Source: Vicugna vicugna (taxonomy: Eukaryota). From it: a stretch of DNA of 64,000 nt. The stretch is from contig MU058337.1 of assembly GCA_013265495.1 (NCBI GenBank), positions 2,014,686 through 2,078,685 of the forward strand, given 5' to 3'. Below the pieces are notes generated by a model. The model did no database searches. It was given only the letters and a program-made list of their open reading frames with translations, and was not told where the DNA came from. Every line of letters begins with the position of its first letter. Within the stretch, counting starts at the first letter, position 1. Shown in pieces: positions 61,571-64,000 of the stretch. The position numbers and the translations under genes are program-made.

Positions 61571-64000
61571 TACCGTATGAGAACACCTGACCATCCTGAC
61601 TTAAGATCCAAGTGTGACTTTGTTCGTATCTACTTCACTGAGATAAGAATGTTACCTCAATTAAAAGTAATAACGATAATGACAACTATACCGACCACGT
61701 GGCGCAAAGAAACAAGTGGAGTAACAAAGAGTGTGTCTGGCTCCCTCTTAGCTGCATAAAAGTGCCTGATCACGGCCGCCCGGACCTCTTTTTATCGTTT
61801 GTTTACTTCCCCCATCGTACTTAGCTTAATTTTAATGTTCCCATTTCTCACATTTAAAAACAACCGCATCCTTGAAAGCATACGTTGTAACTTTGAAGTT
61901 GGTATCGTTATTGTACAAGGGAGGAACAGATAATAGCGCATGGGTTTCTGCATATGGACTGCGGGACCCAGACCGCCTCAGCTTGCTAAAAACAACACCA
62001 TGGGAAACATGGGATTTGTGCTTGTAAAAGCCACGCGTGCGAAGTTGCCCGGCTGAATGGTTCTAAGCTGAGCCACATATAACCTTTCAGGGGAGACGGA
62101 GGGAAGGCAGCTGAACAAGAATATTTCAACAAACCATAAATCTTATCTTAATTGGAAATTTAAAGTACGTGAAGCAAGGGGAAAGTGACAGAAAAAGAAG
62201 TAAAACTAACATGATCAAGCTGAAATCAACCCGGGTCACCAGCGAAGACACTTAGCGTTTTCCAGGGAAATGCTTCTGGGTAATGTTTCCTGGAAACCAG
62301 ATGAGAAGTGAGATTAGCTATTTTGTCTCCAAAATAACGTGTGTTTTTGTCATTATAGTGTAACATGTACAGAAACTCAACAACACGCTGGACTTCTCAT
62401 AGGCAGGGCCCCGCAGGAAACGGTCGTATTGGGCGTGAGACAAGGATGGTCACAGGAGAAGCCCAAGTCTGGGGCCACATTAAAGCTCAGGGACAGAACT
62501 CAGGACAGGAAGGGGCAGCAGAAGAGAAGATTACAGAATTAAAGTCACATGAGCAACAAAATGTATTTAAACTGCAGTCATAATTTTTTTTAAATGATAG
62601 CAAAGTTCAAAAGTATTACAATAACGCTTCATTAATAGAAGAATTTCCAGATAACTGAGCCTTCCACAAACACTAGATCAATTTGCAACCCAACAACTTT
62701 TGCTGATTCCGGCCAAGCATACCTTCCTAAAAGAGATGGTTGATCATATTTTGGTCCTTGTGGACAATTCAGAGAAAACAGCATCCACATGTATTATTAC
62801 AGTGAGCTTGGAATGGATCATCCAGAGCAGGATGCTTTTGAGAGTGAAAGGGGCACTTTTAGTAACTGTGCCAGGACTTGGGTGGAAAAGGCTGGATGCC
62901 AGGAGACGTCAAGCTTTCTGCACGCAGTTTTGTTTTTCAGCATCTTCCGCCCTTGAGAAGCTGAGCAGCCACTTCGCTGCCATCTGACAGCACGCACGTC
63001 CCAGATCTCCCCTAGTTCACAGCTTCCCATGGCGGGCATTCACGTGGGAATCGGACCACTGAGCTAGTTTAGAAATGCGTATTAAATAAGGAGCACCTGT
63101 CTCAGAGTCAGAGAGGGAGAGGATATAAATGACCTTAATATGTGAATTGTATCAGATATTTTCGCTCAGGGTTAGAATCCAGGGAGGCGAACACAGGTCT
63201 CAGGTTAAGTAAGGGTGGGTGTTAAGTAACATGTATGTTTCTGAAATCGGGTGAAAAATCAGGCTGCTTTCAATCTATAAAGTAGGTTCTGTTTCACGAG
63301 GGTCGATCTTGTTCCCCATGATTTACTGTGAAAATGAGGGAAGCTGTTGCTGGTTCTGCTCCTGGAGCATTTCAGCAGCCGCGGGGATGGGGACGCCGTG
63401 GAAGGAGCCCTCTGCCAGTGCCGGCACAGCTTCACCCCAGGACCCGGGTCAGAGCGATAACCGCCAAGACGTGCCCGGTGCTTATGAGATGCCAGGCACT
63501 TTCCTGAGCGCAGTACGTACATCAGCACACGGGCTCCAATATTTCACATGGAACAGTGTGACTTTACAACACAGGCTATATTAATTCATTCTAGTAAAAC
63601 TCTAAATAGTGCGGTAGTGAGCGTCGGTCCCAGGCAGCACAGACTGCACAGAGGAACGCCTGGCATCCCTGGGGCGTGCAGAGTCCAGACGTAGAACGCC
63701 AGGGAAGCGAGAGTCCCCTTCTCCAGAAGGGCTGGTCCCTGGTGAGAGCGTCAAAATGCAAACATCCCGAGTCAGTCTTGTCTCTGTCATCCACATTTCA
63801 GGGACGAAGAACAAGAATTCACCCCCTTAAGATGTTTATCATCAATTATTTTGACTTTACTACACTATCTGTGGGTTATTAAGGTAGGCACTTAATCATC
63901 CCCCTGGTCGTGGGTTAGACAGGTGTTGGCAAGAGCCAGCTGGCTTCACACCTGCTCTTTAAAAGCAAGGCGGGAGCGAGTGAACTCGGCAGACTGTGTA

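Noticed and set aside
63780..63890. Possible exon ATTTCAG|GGACGAAG...TTAAG|GTAGGC with one open frame
   Set aside because: Peptide (DEEQEFTPLRCLSSIILTLLHYLWVIK) matches nothing I recognise; such site pairs occur by chance.
1..64000. CRISPR arrays, prokaryotic operons, rRNA, numts, snRNA copies
   Set aside because: No regularly spaced repeat-spacer array, no gene-dense structure and no recognisable rRNA, mitochondrial or snRNA sequence; the DNA is mammalian.

Overview
Eukaryotic, mammalian non-coding DNA (intronic or intergenic). I could not support any protein-coding gene. A tRNA-derived SINE of the camelid vic-1 type (53615-53746), cetartiodactyl-style L1 3' ends and the apparent absence of ruminant, pig or primate SINEs point to a camelid (alpaca/llama/camel) genome. 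Much of the window is decayed interspersed repeats: MIR, L2, L3/CR1, L1M blocks, MER5-type hAT elements, MaLR (MLT1), LTR33 and two solo ERV LTRs, plus microsatellites. The ORF track is explained by L1 ORF2 relics, simple repeats, GC-rich DNA and chance. The most notable observations are: (1) a CpG island at about 50570-51345 made of an ancient MLT1 LTR and L2 that appear rewritten from A/T to G/C and carry promoter-type motifs; (2) a tailless 5'-half tRNA-Cys retrocopy with a target-site duplication; (3) a ~300-bp insert flanked by a ~32-bp duplication inside a MIR; (4) a diverged ~165-bp direct duplication about 1.07 kb apart that I could not assign to a known repeat; (5) a recursive-splice-site-like YnCAG|GTAAGT motif; (6) a few palindromic or motif-dense putative regulatory spots. 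Repeat family names were assigned by eye from remembered consensus sequences and boundaries are approximate. I found no evidence for a wholly new multi-gene system.
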